Shown: positions 25,889-37,166, numbered from the stretch's first letter. The stretch is DNA of 64,000 bases from Candidatus Poribacteria bacterium (GCA_965205025.1 CBDBFU010000012.1:256001-320000), one strand, 5' to 3'. Numbers and translations: made by a program. The notes: generated by a model from the sequence alone, not told the origin.

Positions 25889-26680
25889 CTACATCAGATA
25901 TTCCCTTTCTTTGAAAATACGTATAGCAATCACCATTGCCCCTACGGTAATCAAGAATATGAGCAACACCGACACCCAGGTTGCAGGTGGTGTTAGACCT
26001 AAAAGTCCATCAAATATGTCTCGTCTTAATCTATATTCAGGAAAAATATTGATAAGATAGTGCGTGACAGAAATCCGCTTAATCCCAATAGGCATTCCTG
26101 GAATTGTTGTGATCCTTTCCCAACCTAACACGAATAGCAATCCCCATAATACAGGATTTTTAAATCGTACTGACAATAAGACTGCGATAGTTCCGTATGC
26201 TAAAAGACCTAAGGTTAATGAACCTGTATATACAAAACTCATACCCAAAATCAATAGACGTTCTCTTAGTTTCGGGTGTGTTTGTACTATACCTGTAAAC
26301 AGTAAGTGAGAGATCCCTATAAGAATTGCCGCACCAACAAGATAGGCTGCGAATTTACTAAGCAATATATACGGTTTCATGATAGGTCGCATTTGTAGGT
26401 ATGTTAATCCTCCACTATCTATTTCGTCAGAGACAATTGCCGACCCGTAGAAGATAGCACACAGATTAGTTAAGAAACCGTAATATATTAGAGTCATATA
26501 GGGAATAAAACTGTTTACAGAACTACTCCCTTGGACAGTTAGGCGAAAAACAACTGCAATAACTAAAGATAATACACACCCAAGAATTATCAGTAATCCT
26601 TTTCGACTCCAATATAGTTGACGTATTGTTAGTTTGAATATGGCTATGTAAGAAGGAAATGTGTTTTGGATTGATGACAT
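25889..26680 (-). CDS. ABC-2 type transporter permease
   Basis: About six hydrophobic segments; 'SDEIDSGGLTYLQMRP..K..ILLSKF' motif. Confidence 0.8.
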   Translation of the reverse strand: MSSIQNTFPSYIAIFKLTIRQLYWSRKGLLIILGCVLSLVIAVVFRLTVQGSSSVNSFIPYMTLIYYGFLTNLCAIFYGSAIVSDEIDSGGLTYLQMRPIMKPYILLSKFAAYLVGAAILIGISHLLFTGIVQTHPKLRERLLILGMSFVYTGSLTLGLLAYGTIAVLLSVRFKNPVLWGLLFVLGWERITTIPGMPIGIKRISVTHYLINIFPEYRLRRDIFDGLLGLTPPATWVSVLLIFLITVGAMVIAIRIFKEREYLM

Positions 26681-26848
26681 TTATAGGTTCATTCGTTGAT
26701 TTTTTCTGTCTATCATAGTAACATAATAATGCAGTATTTACAATCTAATGTTGAGTAATAATGATTTCTAATATCAGATCATATATAATCCATCAATTAT
26801 ATATGATTAATTCAAAATAGAAACGACACCAAAATTTAAAGGGTATAT

Positions 26849-27688
26849 ATGCAGAAGATAATTGATACACATCAACACTTATGGGATGTCGCCAACTTAG
26901 AATATCCATGGTTAGAGGGTTTCGACCTACTTAAACAGAAATACACTTCTGAAGACTATCGCGATGCAGTTGAAAATCTAAACGTCGTCAACTCTGTTCA
27001 TGTTGAAGGTGATCCTGCTGAAACCCACGTGGTTCAAGAGGTGGAATGGTTGAGTCAGATTGCTAAAGAAGATGGTATGATAGGCGCGATTGCTGCAGCT
27101 GCACCTTTAGAAAATCCAAATGTAGAGTCTATTATTGAACAGCTTGCAGCGTTTGAACTTGTGGTTGGTATCCGTAGAATGGCATGGCATAATCCTGACA
27201 ACCAATTTTACGCCAGTCCTGAACTCATCAATGGTGTAAAATTACTACCGAAGTATAACTTATCTTTTGAACTTTGTGCAAAACACGACCAACTCCCTGC
27301 TGCCATTGAACTTGTTAAAGCCACACCAGATGTCACACATGCTATTAATCATTGTGGGGGACCAAATATAAAAGACGACGATTTTGAACCGTGGGCAACC
27401 CACATGAATAAACTCGCCGTCTTTGAAAATGTTTGTTGTAAAGTCTCAGGAATCGTTACAACCGCAAGTGAGAATTGGACTCCTGAAGAACTAAAACCAT
27501 ATATCCAACATCTTGTAGAATCCTTTGGCTATGATAGACTTATGTTTGGTAGCGACTGGCCAGTATGTACTTTAGCTGCAGAATATCATGAATGGTATAA
27601 TGCACTTCTATATGCAATTGACGGTGCATCAGATTCAGAGAAAAACCGTTTTTTCTATCAGAACGCATTAGAATTCTACAAAATGTAA
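26849..27688 (+). CDS. Amidohydrolase family protein (sugar lactonase-like)
   Basis: 'IIDTHQHLWD', 'CKVSG', 'RLMFGSDWPVC'. Confidence 0.88.
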   Translation: MQKIIDTHQHLWDVANLEYPWLEGFDLLKQKYTSEDYRDAVENLNVVNSVHVEGDPAETHVVQEVEWLSQIAKEDGMIGAIAAAAPLENPNVESIIEQLAAFELVVGIRRMAWHNPDNQFYASPELINGVKLLPKYNLSFELCAKHDQLPAAIELVKATPDVTHAINHCGGPNIKDDDFEPWATHMNKLAVFENVCCKVSGIVTTASENWTPEELKPYIQHLVESFGYDRLMFGSDWPVCTLAAEYHEWYNALLYAIDGASDSEKNRFFYQNALEFYKM

Positions 27689-27715
27689 ATCATTCACATC
27701 CAATATAGTAACCCT

Positions 27716-29647
27716 TTATTGAGGAGTAATCAATACTGGTTCAACACCTTGGGAATCATGAATTTCTTGCTTTAGGGTTGCTGAATCTGACCTATTTGAA
27801 AACTCACCTATTGTCACCCGGTGCATCTTATTTCCATTTACAATAACTGTATATATAAATACCTTTTGATTCGGGTATAGACTCTTTAAATTCTCTGCCA
27901 ATAGTGTAGCATTAAACTCTTCAGAGAAAGATCCTACCATGAGTGTCATCTTCGGTGCATCATTCAATTCTGGAGAGGGGTTATGGACGGCGGTGCCAAA
28001 ATCCATGTTAACTTCTCGACTGCTCATATTGCCAGCTATATCCTGAACATTCATAGCAAATTTATAGGATGAACCAGAGGAAGTGGACAGTTTATTAAAT
28101 ACAACACTTTCTGGTGGTGTACCATTCCCCTCTTTCTTCTCAACCAGATTATCCTTCGCATCAAATACCTCAAGTGTCCACTTAGCAATGGAATTTATAT
28201 CCCACGTTTTAACGCTGATACTATTTTGACCTATCTTTTCAATCTCAATTGTCGCAGGTATCAAGTCAACCGTAACCTTCTCTGTGTTTCTAAGATGTGA
28301 TTTGCCTTCTGAATCGATAATATACAATTGCAAAACATAGTCACCATCTGACACCAATTTACCATCGTCTCCAACTGCATTCCATTGAATACCCCTAACA
28401 GGTGTTCCTGTCCCAGTCATTTCCCATACCTTTTCGGTATACACATCTCGTAGTGTTAACTGCCATTTATCATTTGGGTTAACCTTAAACTTGAATGTAG
28501 TAGCATCTGCGATACCGTCATTATTAGGTGAAATAGCAGATTCTGAGAGTTCTAATTCTTCTGCAGGTACATCTACCTCAACATTCTGTTCAAGAGATAT
28601 CGGCATCCTAATCAGAGAGTTTTCAGGTGTATTATTCCCATTTTCCTGTTTTGTATCAACCTCAGCCAATGTAGGTTCAGAATCAGGTGTGGATGTTCTC
28701 TTGTTACCACCCCATCTTAATGTCGCAGAAATCCAATGGATACTCTCATTGAATTCACCACCCTTAACATGAGCGTAATCCAACTGTCCTGATGCATTTC
28801 GGAAACTAATACCTTGGGTCCATTCACCTGTGCTAAAGTTCTCGACAGCAGTTAAAGTAGTGTAACCTAAACGAACACCAAAATGATCATCGAAAAACCA
28901 TCGTTCTGCCCCAAAGTGTAGACGGAGTCTTTCTCCCCAAGTGGAATCATTCTGTCCTCGTATAGCAAAATCTGCTGATAGTAATGTAGCACCATCAGGA
29001 CGATAGGTTGTACCAAAACGAGCAGCCAATGGTAAACTCTCAACAAGCACACCATCCTCACGAATACCATTACTCAATTCGGATAGATTTATTCCCAATG
29101 TAATGGAATCTCCATACCTTTCCAAAGGATAGGCAAATTGCATTCCAAGATCTGCACTCCACAGATAATTCTTCCTTATAAGTGTACTGTTCTGATAATA
29201 ACGTATATTAGCACCAGCAGATGCCTGCTCACCTAATGCTAAACCGTAACCTAAAAGTACTATTTGTGTAGATTCATCGTAATTGTTATTCCAACCATTG
29301 AACCACGATGCTACCGACAGACTACCAATATTTTTATCTATTAAACCTAATGTGTCTGGACTGACAGCAAACGAGAAGGTTTGATCTGGACCTGACTGTT
29401 TACCTGAAAACGGAATCCCACCCATGTTCACCTCTAAACCATTCATAAATCCCAGTGAAGAAGGATTCCACAAAAAACCGTTATTTGTTGAGGGTCCAGC
29501 AGTGAAGGCACTTCCCATTCCAACAGCTCGCGCACTTGCTCCGACAAATATATCTCGACGATCTATTCCTGGTGACCCATCAGACACCATTGTATTTCCT
29601 AACATGATGATTACAATACATATAATCAAGATAGTCTTAACTTGCAT
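27716..29647 (-). CDS. Outer-membrane barrel (PorV/FadL-like) fused to FlgD-Ig-like and C-terminal SPOR domains
   Basis: 'GASARAVGMGSAF...WNPSSLG' barrel N-terminus; 'ISPNNDGIAD' and 'WNAVGDDGKLVSDGDY'; C-terminal 'LMVGSFSEEFNA...HRVTIGEF' SPOR-like motif. Confidence 0.65.
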   Translation of the reverse strand: MQVKTILIICIVIIMLGNTMVSDGSPGIDRRDIFVGASARAVGMGSAFTAGPSTNNGFLWNPSSLGFMNGLEVNMGGIPFSGKQSGPDQTFSFAVSPDTLGLIDKNIGSLSVASWFNGWNNNYDESTQIVLLGYGLALGEQASAGANIRYYQNSTLIRKNYLWSADLGMQFAYPLERYGDSITLGINLSELSNGIREDGVLVESLPLAARFGTTYRPDGATLLSADFAIRGQNDSTWGERLRLHFGAERWFFDDHFGVRLGYTTLTAVENFSTGEWTQGISFRNASGQLDYAHVKGGEFNESIHWISATLRWGGNKRTSTPDSEPTLAEVDTKQENGNNTPENSLIRMPISLEQNVEVDVPAEELELSESAISPNNDGIADATTFKFKVNPNDKWQLTLRDVYTEKVWEMTGTGTPVRGIQWNAVGDDGKLVSDGDYVLQLYIIDSEGKSHLRNTEKVTVDLIPATIEIEKIGQNSISVKTWDINSIAKWTLEVFDAKDNLVEKKEGNGTPPESVVFNKLSTSSGSSYKFAMNVQDIAGNMSSREVNMDFGTAVHNPSPELNDAPKMTLMVGSFSEEFNATLLAENLKSLYPNQKVFIYTVIVNGNKMHRVTIGEFSNRSDSATLKQEIHDSQGVEPVLITPQ

Positions 29648-29932
29648 TTTTCTACTCCATCTATTTATTCTCTATTATTTTATGCAAAACTTCTGCTGTA
29701 ATATTAACGTTATAACAATATATATGGGTACATACAGAAATTAAGGATTTCACTTACTGAGGATTGATTAGTATTTATATCAAGCAAATTCCACGTTCAG
29801 TTTTAATCGTTAGACGCTTCGTAGGAATGAATCTATTCGACATTGAATACCTATGCTAATGCTACAGTTTTCACTTGCTTGATGCAAATATATATGAGAA
29901 AATAAAACCAAATTTGTATATGGTGAAAAATA

Positions 29933-30196
29933 ATGGAAGAAATACGAGAATTAACGACACTTTTAGAGTCTGGAATTCAGGAATATGAGGAGCAACTAAA
30001 ATCGTTGCAAGCTGAAAGATTGAAATATATTCGACTTTCAATGACAGATGGGTTCGGGGAAGATGAAGGTCAATCAAAAGATTCATGGCTACTACATTTA
30101 AAGCAACTCGAAGATTCATTGGAACTTCGAGTTAGAGCATTAAAACAAGCTGTCGTGGAATTAGCTGAATCCTTCAAGAAAGTAGAGACAGAATAG
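29933..30196 (+). CDS. Small coiled-coil hypothetical protein
   Basis: 87 aa helical composition; 1 nt before the next ATG, suggesting an operon. Confidence 0.6.
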   Translation: MEEIRELTTLLESGIQEYEEQLKSLQAERLKYIRLSMTDGFGEDEGQSKDSWLLHLKQLEDSLELRVRALKQAVVELAESFKKVETE

Positions 30197-30197
30197 T

Positions 30198-33100
30198 ATG
30201 CATTTCCTTCAAATGTCTATCACTCACCTATTTTTTTTCATCTGCTTCACAATTACCATTTTTACTGTAAATGTCCTACCATCCTATGCACAAGATTCAG
30301 AAATTGATTTGGTGATAGAAGAAGCAATTCGACAGCAGAATCTTGGGTTAGCATACTTAGAAGAATCACAGCCTACAAAAGCACTTGGGGCATTTACAGC
30401 ACTTATTGAATTACTGCCCCATGAAGCAATTGGATACGGCAACCTTGCGGTTGCACATTTACGATTACAACAATCTGAAGAAGCCGAAAAATGGGTTAAA
30501 CAAGGCATTAAGGGGACACCTATGCAGAGTCAACTCCATTTCATCTTATCTGAAGTATACCAATTAAAGGGTGAAACCGATTTAGCGGTGGAATCAATGG
30601 AAGAGGCAGTAAGATTAGACCCAGATGAATTAGAATTTCGATATAAATTGGTGCGACACTATCTCGGACAGAGAAGAAATCCAGAAGCACAAATGCAAGC
30701 ACTTATACACCTGAAGGAACTCAACTCACGTTCACCTGTAAATGTGGTTATATTGCTAAAGTTAACACAAGCATTAATTGGACAGGGAGAACTTGAAGAA
30801 GCAGAAAAATCATCTCAACAATTACTTATTCTATTAGGGGATACAGAAGAAGATAAATTAAAATACTTAACCCAAGGAATTGAGGAAATTGGAAAAAGAA
30901 ATCAAAAGGCTGCAGCACGTAATATTCAGATTTTTGAAAATGTGCAACGTGCAAGTCCACGATATCAGCAAGGCATTGGAGAACTTGTAACAAATATCCT
31001 TGGACACCCAATTGAGTCATTCAGTCCAGGAGTCAAAGCACGAATCACTGCAAAAAAGAGTCATCCCATACCAGTAGAATTCACTGATATATCAAACCAA
31101 ATCGGACTTAATAACCTACCATCTGAACCACTAATTTCTACCCATATTTCCCTAATTGACTACGATAATGATGGTAATTTAGATATATACACATCAAGGA
31201 GTAATTTACTAAAAAATGTCCATGGAAAATATGTACCTATACAAGGAATTAAAGATTCCATCGGGGACATTCCAAATACATATTACACCACTTATGTAGA
31301 CTTAGATAAGAACGGCACACTTGAGATTCTACTACAAAATACGAATGGAATCTCACAGTTGCGAATGATAGAGGAAGGAAATTGGGAAAGAATAGATATA
31401 ATTCAGTATCAAGGACTAAAAGAGGGGACAGGTGTATTACTACCCGTTGACTATGATCATGACGGGGATCTCGACCTGCTTTCTGGACAGGATGGTGTAA
31501 GTTTATATCAGAACAGTGGAGAAGGAGTATTTACTGATGTAAGTGACAAGACTTTCGTATCAAATCAGGATAACGGTTTAACACAAAACACCGTTATAGA
31601 CGCCTTCGCTGCGGATTTTGACGATGATGGGGATATCGATATTTTTACAATTAATCAAGATCTGGGATGTACTTTATTTAATAACCTACGACAAGGAAAA
31701 CTTCGTGCAGTTTCCGATCATACTGATATTCCACAAAATGTTAAATACACATCAGTTGCTGTAGGTGATTATGATAACGATGGGAACTTTGATCTGCTAT
31801 TGGCTACGTCTACCAGTATAGAACTTTACAGAAATCGTGGTGATGCTACCTTCGTTAGGGATATAGGTTCTGAAGGTATTTTCTCTAATATATCTAACTA
31901 TCAAGTAAAAGAAATTAAATCTCTCGATTATGATAATGATGGATTTCTGGATATATGGGTAATTAGTCCACAAGGTTTTTCAATGTTCCGTAACGATGGA
32001 ACGGGACGGTTTACCGATACAAGCTCAATAATTAATGTAAACCCTCCCTTAGATAACGGTATTTCTGGATTAGTAGCGGATTTTGACAACGATGGGGATT
32101 TAGATCTATTTTATTTATCAGAAAATGGAAAATTACGTGCTTTAAAAAATAACGGAGGAAATCAGAATAACTGGTTACAGGTAAAGTTAGAGGGAATTAC
32201 AACTGGGAACAATAAAGTCAACAGGGATGGAATAGGTTCAAAACTTGAAGTGAAGGTACGAGATTTATATCAACTGCAGTATGTTTCTCAACAGATTTCT
32301 CACTTTGGTTTAGGTTCGTTTGATGGTGCAGATGTGGTACGGGTTGTGTGGACTAATGGTGTACCGCAGAATGTGATTGAACCGAAAGCAAAGCAACGAA
32401 TTATGGAGAAACAGATATTAAAAGGCTCATGTCCATTCTTATATGTCTATGACGGAGAAAAATACCAATTTGTTACAGATCTCTTATGGCGTGCACCCCT
32501 TGGACTTGTTACTTCAATGGGGTTTGTCGCACCAGATGAAACAAGGGATTTCATCAAAATATCTGCTTCACAAATTCAACCAAAATCTGGAAGATATTCT
32601 ATTCAAATTACAGAAGAATTATGGGAAACAGCATATTTTGATATGGTGAAATTGATTGCTGTTGACCATCCAGAAAATACAGACATCTTTGTAAATGAAC
32701 AGTATAGACCCCCACCATTTGAAGATTTCAAAATATACACTGTTTCAGATAAGAGATACCCAAAATCTGCTAAAAATCATAAAGGAGATGATTTCTTAGA
32801 ACGTCTGAAATACTCAGATTACCAATATGCCTTTGAACATATTCCCGGACTCTATCAAGGTGTTGTAGAAAAGCATGCAATAATCCTTGATCTTGGTGAT
32901 ATTCCAGATAATGAATCTGTAATTTTGTATCTCAACGGTTGGATTTTCCCCACGGATACCAGCATAAATATTGCTTTATCTCAGAATCCTGACATTGCTC
33001 CGAATTTTCCCTCTGTGGCTGTAAAAGACAGTGATGGGAAGTGGAAAACTGTCATACCATTGATAGGTATTCCTGCTGGTAAGAACAAGACGATTACTGT

Positions 33101-33713
33101 TGATCTGACGGATAAATTCTTGTCAAAAGACAGGAAGGTTCGAATTGAAACAGATATGCAAATATATTGGGATGCTGTATTTTTCACCGTTGGCAACCAA
33201 GATGTTCCAGTGACAATCACAGAATTAAAACCAGATACTGCTGACTTACACTACCGGGGTTTCTCGGAGATGTACCGACCAAATCCACACGCACCGCATT
33301 TATTCGATTATCAAAAGTTTACAACATTGCCACAATGGAGGGATTTAGAAGGATTCTATACGCGTTTTGGGGATGTCAACACACTATTGCAGGAAGTTGA
33401 CGATATGTATGTTATTCTAAATGCTGGAGATGAAATCACAGTTGAATTCGATGCTTCACGACTACCACCTCTAAAACAGGGATGGATCCGAGATTTTATT
33501 CTATATAGTGATGGTTGGGATAAAGACGGGGATATCAATACACTTACATCGCAAACGGTCGGTCCTCTTCCATTCCATAAAATGTCTAAGTATCCTTATC
33601 CAGAATCTGAGAATTATCCAAATGATCCGGCACATTTAAGGTATCAACTTGAATATAACACCCGTCGTGTTACCCATCAACTACCACCCTTGCATAATAG
33701 GACAAAACCATGA
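30198..33713 (+). CDS. TPR + FG-GAP/VCBS repeats + ASPIC/UnbV (CRTAC1-like) secreted protein
   Basis: N-terminal TPR helices; repeated 'DYDNDG.LDL'; 'NRDGIGSKLEV', 'HFGLG', 'VVWTNGVPQ', 'GSCPFLY'. Confidence 0.88.
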   Translation: MHFLQMSITHLFFFICFTITIFTVNVLPSYAQDSEIDLVIEEAIRQQNLGLAYLEESQPTKALGAFTALIELLPHEAIGYGNLAVAHLRLQQSEEAEKWVKQGIKGTPMQSQLHFILSEVYQLKGETDLAVESMEEAVRLDPDELEFRYKLVRHYLGQRRNPEAQMQALIHLKELNSRSPVNVVILLKLTQALIGQGELEEAEKSSQQLLILLGDTEEDKLKYLTQGIEEIGKRNQKAAARNIQIFENVQRASPRYQQGIGELVTNILGHPIESFSPGVKARITAKKSHPIPVEFTDISNQIGLNNLPSEPLISTHISLIDYDNDGNLDIYTSRSNLLKNVHGKYVPIQGIKDSIGDIPNTYYTTYVDLDKNGTLEILLQNTNGISQLRMIEEGNWERIDIIQYQGLKEGTGVLLPVDYDHDGDLDLLSGQDGVSLYQNSGEGVFTDVSDKTFVSNQDNGLTQNTVIDAFAADFDDDGDIDIFTINQDLGCTLFNNLRQGKLRAVSDHTDIPQNVKYTSVAVGDYDNDGNFDLLLATSTSIELYRNRGDATFVRDIGSEGIFSNISNYQVKEIKSLDYDNDGFLDIWVISPQGFSMFRNDGTGRFTDTSSIINVNPPLDNGISGLVADFDNDGDLDLFYLSENGKLRALKNNGGNQNNWLQVKLEGITTGNNKVNRDGIGSKLEVKVRDLYQLQYVSQQISHFGLGSFDGADVVRVVWTNGVPQNVIEPKAKQRIMEKQILKGSCPFLYVYDGEKYQFVTDLLWRAPLGLVTSMGFVAPDETRDFIKISASQIQPKSGRYSIQITEELWETAYFDMVKLIAVDHPENTDIFVNEQYRPPPFEDFKIYTVSDKRYPKSAKNHKGDDFLERLKYSDYQYAFEHIPGLYQGVVEKHAIILDLGDIPDNESVILYLNGWIFPTDTSINIALSQNPDIAPNFPSVAVKDSDGKWKTVIPLIGIPAGKNKTITVDLTDKFLSKDRKVRIETDMQIYWDAVFFTVGNQDVPVTITELKPDTADLHYRGFSEMYRPNPHAPHLFDYQKFTTLPQWRDLEGFYTRFGDVNTLLQEVDDMYVILNAGDEITVEFDASRLPPLKQGWIRDFILYSDGWDKDGDINTLTSQTVGPLPFHKMSKYPYPESENYPNDPAHLRYQLEYNTRRVTHQLPPLHNRTKP

Positions 33714-35794
33714 ATACAAAGAGAATTCTTACTATAGCTATATTGTCGTTAGTCCATACGATATTCCTTGGACATGGGTTAGCTCAGGAATATACTAAAT
33801 GGAATCTACCTTATGGTGCAGTAGCTCGATTTGGAAAGGGTTGGATAAAGAGCATTAGTTATTCCCCTGATGGAACTCGACTGGCAGTTGCGAGTTCTAC
33901 CGGTATCTGGATTTATGATGCTGATATAGGTGCTGAACTTAGGCTACTTGCAGGAAATGAAGGAGGAACAAGCTCAGTAGTATTTTCACCAGATGGAAAA
34001 TTCCTTGCAAGTGGTGGTCATGGCGAAATCTTATTATGGGATGTTGCCACTGGTAAGATCTTGAAAACATATAAAGGACATAAGGGATGGGTTGGAGTTG
34101 GATTTAAAGATGATTCTAAGACACTTATTAGTTTTGATCAAGGTTCAGTCGTATTCTGGGATTTAGCTACAGGTCTTATGAAAAAGGAAATAAAAATTCC
34201 CAAATCAAGAGGTGTTTTTAAATTCTTACGCGTATTAATTGGACGCGATGTTAGTTCATACTATCTATATCTTGATAAAACTGATACTAACGGTATTATT
34301 GTATACGGTTACAATAAAGGAATAGTTCAGTTGAAGGATTTATCAACAGGGAGAAGATTAGTAATGATTGAAGGATATAAAGATCATGTCAATCAGTTGA
34401 CAATTTCTCCAGATGGGAAAATCCTTGCCGTGGATATCTTTAATGCCCCACTAAGTTTATGGGATATCTCTACTGGTCGTAAGATAAAGGTTCTGAGTAG
34501 AAGTGGTTCACTGGGTGGAATATTCTCTTTTTCTAAAGATGGTAAAACCTTTATTTATCAGACTGCATTTCATGGAATTGAGTTATGGGATGTTGAAAGT
34601 GGTACATTACGGACGACAATTGGATCTGATATAAGTAGAATCAGGTCATTAGTATTCTCACCAGATGCAAAATATTTTGTAGGAGGAAGTTCTGATGGAA
34701 CTATTCGAACATGGGATGCTCTTACTGGAGAGGAGGTTAATATTCTTACAACTGGACATATACAGGATCTCAACGTGTTAACATACTCCAAAGATGGAAG
34801 AAAGTTAGCTGGTGGATATATGAATACTGTTCAGTTATGGGATTTGAATACTAATACTCTGATTTCTGGTGGAGCTGAACAGACAGAGGAACTGATTGAT
34901 ATAGAATTTTCAGTAGATAGTAAGACTGTGAACAGTATCGGTAAAGTGAAATTCAGTATAGAACAACGTGGTGAGTTGCGAAAGGAAAGTGTTATAGGTA
35001 AACTCAGTTTATGGGATACATCCAACGGACAAAACCTTTTGATCTCTCCTATAGAGTCAACTAATATAGAAGCCTTACATGGACAAGGTTATGTATCATC
35101 TACAGAGGATATGGATGGAAAATGGATACTAAAAACAATTAGGACATCAGACGGAATTAAGAAGGGTCTTAAGTATCAAAGGAATGGATTGGTAGTATTT
35201 TCTCAAGATAGTTCACTGCTTGCAGTCCCTCGAAATTCATTCAAAGTTCCTAAAGACGATAAATTTAGTGTTGTAATATGGGATGTTCGGGGCAGAAAGA
35301 TTTTATACAAACTTAAGGGTCATCGAAAGGAGATCACAGCATTAGTATTCTCTCCTGATGGGAATATTATCGCAAGTGGAAGTAAAGATAGAATGATTCG
35401 ACTATGGGAGACTAACACGGGGGAACAGATCCAAACAATATCTTCAGGATTGAATACTGCTCTGGTATTTTCTCCAGATGGTAAGAGAATTGCTAATGTT
35501 GAAAACAAGAATCATATACATATACGGGATGTTTTTTCAGGTCGTAAAGTAGTCGCACTAAAAGGAAAAATTGGTGAGTGTTATGCTTTGGCATATTCTC
35601 AAGATGGAAAGTTTTTAGCAAGTGGAAGTCATGATGGGACAGTTATGCTATGGGATGTGAAGACAGGTCGTGAACTTAGGAAGTTCATAGGACATGACAA
35701 TTGGATTAGGACAGTAGAATTTTCTCCTGATAGTAAGACTCTTGCAAGTGGAAGCCAAGATGGCGTTATATTCATTTGGAACATTTATAATTAA
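33710..35794 (+). CDS. Secreted WD40-repeat protein
   Basis: Signal peptide; 'W.LP.GA.ARFGKG' leader; multiple 'FSPDG..LASGS.DG...W' repeats; ATGA overlap with upstream gene. Confidence 0.92.
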   Translation: MNTKRILTIAILSLVHTIFLGHGLAQEYTKWNLPYGAVARFGKGWIKSISYSPDGTRLAVASSTGIWIYDADIGAELRLLAGNEGGTSSVVFSPDGKFLASGGHGEILLWDVATGKILKTYKGHKGWVGVGFKDDSKTLISFDQGSVVFWDLATGLMKKEIKIPKSRGVFKFLRVLIGRDVSSYYLYLDKTDTNGIIVYGYNKGIVQLKDLSTGRRLVMIEGYKDHVNQLTISPDGKILAVDIFNAPLSLWDISTGRKIKVLSRSGSLGGIFSFSKDGKTFIYQTAFHGIELWDVESGTLRTTIGSDISRIRSLVFSPDAKYFVGGSSDGTIRTWDALTGEEVNILTTGHIQDLNVLTYSKDGRKLAGGYMNTVQLWDLNTNTLISGGAEQTEELIDIEFSVDSKTVNSIGKVKFSIEQRGELRKESVIGKLSLWDTSNGQNLLISPIESTNIEALHGQGYVSSTEDMDGKWILKTIRTSDGIKKGLKYQRNGLVVFSQDSSLLAVPRNSFKVPKDDKFSVVIWDVRGRKILYKLKGHRKEITALVFSPDGNIIASGSKDRMIRLWETNTGEQIQTISSGLNTALVFSPDGKRIANVENKNHIHIRDVFSGRKVVALKGKIGECYALAYSQDGKFLASGSHDGTVMLWDVKTGRELRKFIGHDNWIRTVEFSPDSKTLASGSQDGVIFIWNIYN

Positions 35795-35867
35795 TGATTC
35801 TCCCATTTAAGGAATATAGCCTTGCAAATTGTATCACTACAATTTATATATCAATCTGTAAATAATA

Positions 35868-37166
35868 TTATTCTTGTAAAGTTTCGTTTTTCACATGAGA
35901 TTCAACCCATCGTAATGGGATATAAAGGCATACGATAGCAATAAAAAGTATTCCAGCTAATATTACATAGGAATAAGCACCCCCACCATACAACCATCCG
36001 CCGAAAACCATATTAAATGTCCATTTAATTAAATCTGGATGGGCTGACCTTTCATATAACCACCCACCCAGGAGTGGTCCTAAGATTCGTCCTAAGCTTA
36101 TTTCATATAACCACCCACTCAAGAGTGGTCCTAAGATTCGTCCTAAGCTTAGAAATGTGTCCATAATTCCAATCGCTGTGCCTTGTCCCATCTGAGTCTG
36201 CTTTGAAATCCAAGATGTATTAGTAGGTCGGATGAGTTGATTTCCAATTGCTGTAATTGTTAAAAATATGGTCAAGGTCATAAAGGAGGTTGCATTCAAA
36301 AACAGAACCATTCCAAGAACATTCAAAAATAACCCTACAAGGATTATACGACGTTCACCGAATATATTGATTAACCTCCCCAATAATCCACCCTGGATGG
36401 GTACTACAATTACCCCCATGATCATAAACATCCATCCCATCTCTTTTTGCTTAAAACCCCATCCTCCCTCTATAAATAGAGGGAATGTTGCTTCTAAACC
36501 TGAGAAACTAAAGGTCGTAAAAAACGCTACAAGGAATAACGGTATCAAAGAGATATTACTAATTGTGCGACGCACTGCTTCTTGGGGTGAAATCCAATCG
36601 TGTGATTCCGTTTCTGAATCTTTCTGAAGGGACTCCGGAAGCACTACAAGGACGAAAAAGAAAGTTACAAGAGATAATCCGCCAGCAATAAAAAATGGTA
36701 GATCATGCCGTCCCATCACTCCACCGATAGCCGGTCCGAGAATGAAACCGAGTCCCATTGCTGCGCCCATCAGCCCCATACCTTTACCGCGTTCCTCCGA
36801 TGTAGTTACATCTGCAACATAAGCCATAACGGTTGGCAAGACTGCTGCGGAAGCAATGCCTGCGGCACTACGTGCAACGAAAAGCCACATGTAGTCTTTA
36901 GCGAGTCCAAAGGCTACCAATGCAACAGCATTTCCAAGTAGTCCGAGTAAAATAGCGGGTTTTCTGCCATAGATGTCAGAGAGTTTACCCCATATAGGCG
37001 CAAACACCAGTTGCATACCAGAATAGACAGATAATAAAATAGCAATTTGTGTGGGAGTTGCACCGATTTCTTCTGCGTAATAGGCAAGATTTGGAATGAT
37101 GATTCCAAACCCTAACATCACAAAAAAAAGGGTTAGGAACAGGAGAAGAAGTCTCGATTTATGCAT
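35868..37166 (-). CDS. MFS transporter (TetA/DHA1-like)
   Basis: Motif A 'GKLSDIYGRKP', 'AYVADVT..EERGKGMG', motif C 'GFILGPAIGG'. Confidence 0.9.
   Translation of the reverse strand: MHKSRLLLLFLTLFFVMLGFGIIIPNLAYYAEEIGATPTQIAILLSVYSGMQLVFAPIWGKLSDIYGRKPAILLGLLGNAVALVAFGLAKDYMWLFVARSAAGIASAAVLPTVMAYVADVTTSEERGKGMGLMGAAMGLGFILGPAIGGVMGRHDLPFFIAGGLSLVTFFFVLVVLPESLQKDSETESHDWISPQEAVRRTISNISLIPLFLVAFFTTFSFSGLEATFPLFIEGGWGFKQKEMGWMFMIMGVIVVPIQGGLLGRLINIFGERRIILVGLFLNVLGMVLFLNATSFMTLTIFLTITAIGNQLIRPTNTSWISKQTQMGQGTAIGIMDTFLSLGRILGPLLSGWLYEISLGRILGPLLGGWLYERSAHPDLIKWTFNMVFGGWLYGGGAYSYVILAGILFIAIVCLYIPLRWVESHVKNETLQE
36051..36151 (-). repeat. 51-bp in-frame tandem duplication inside MFS gene
   Basis: ttcatataaccacccac(c/t)ca(g/a)gagtggtcctaagattcgtcctaagctta twice; protein SLGRILGPLL(S/G)GWLYE twice. 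Confidence 0.9.
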
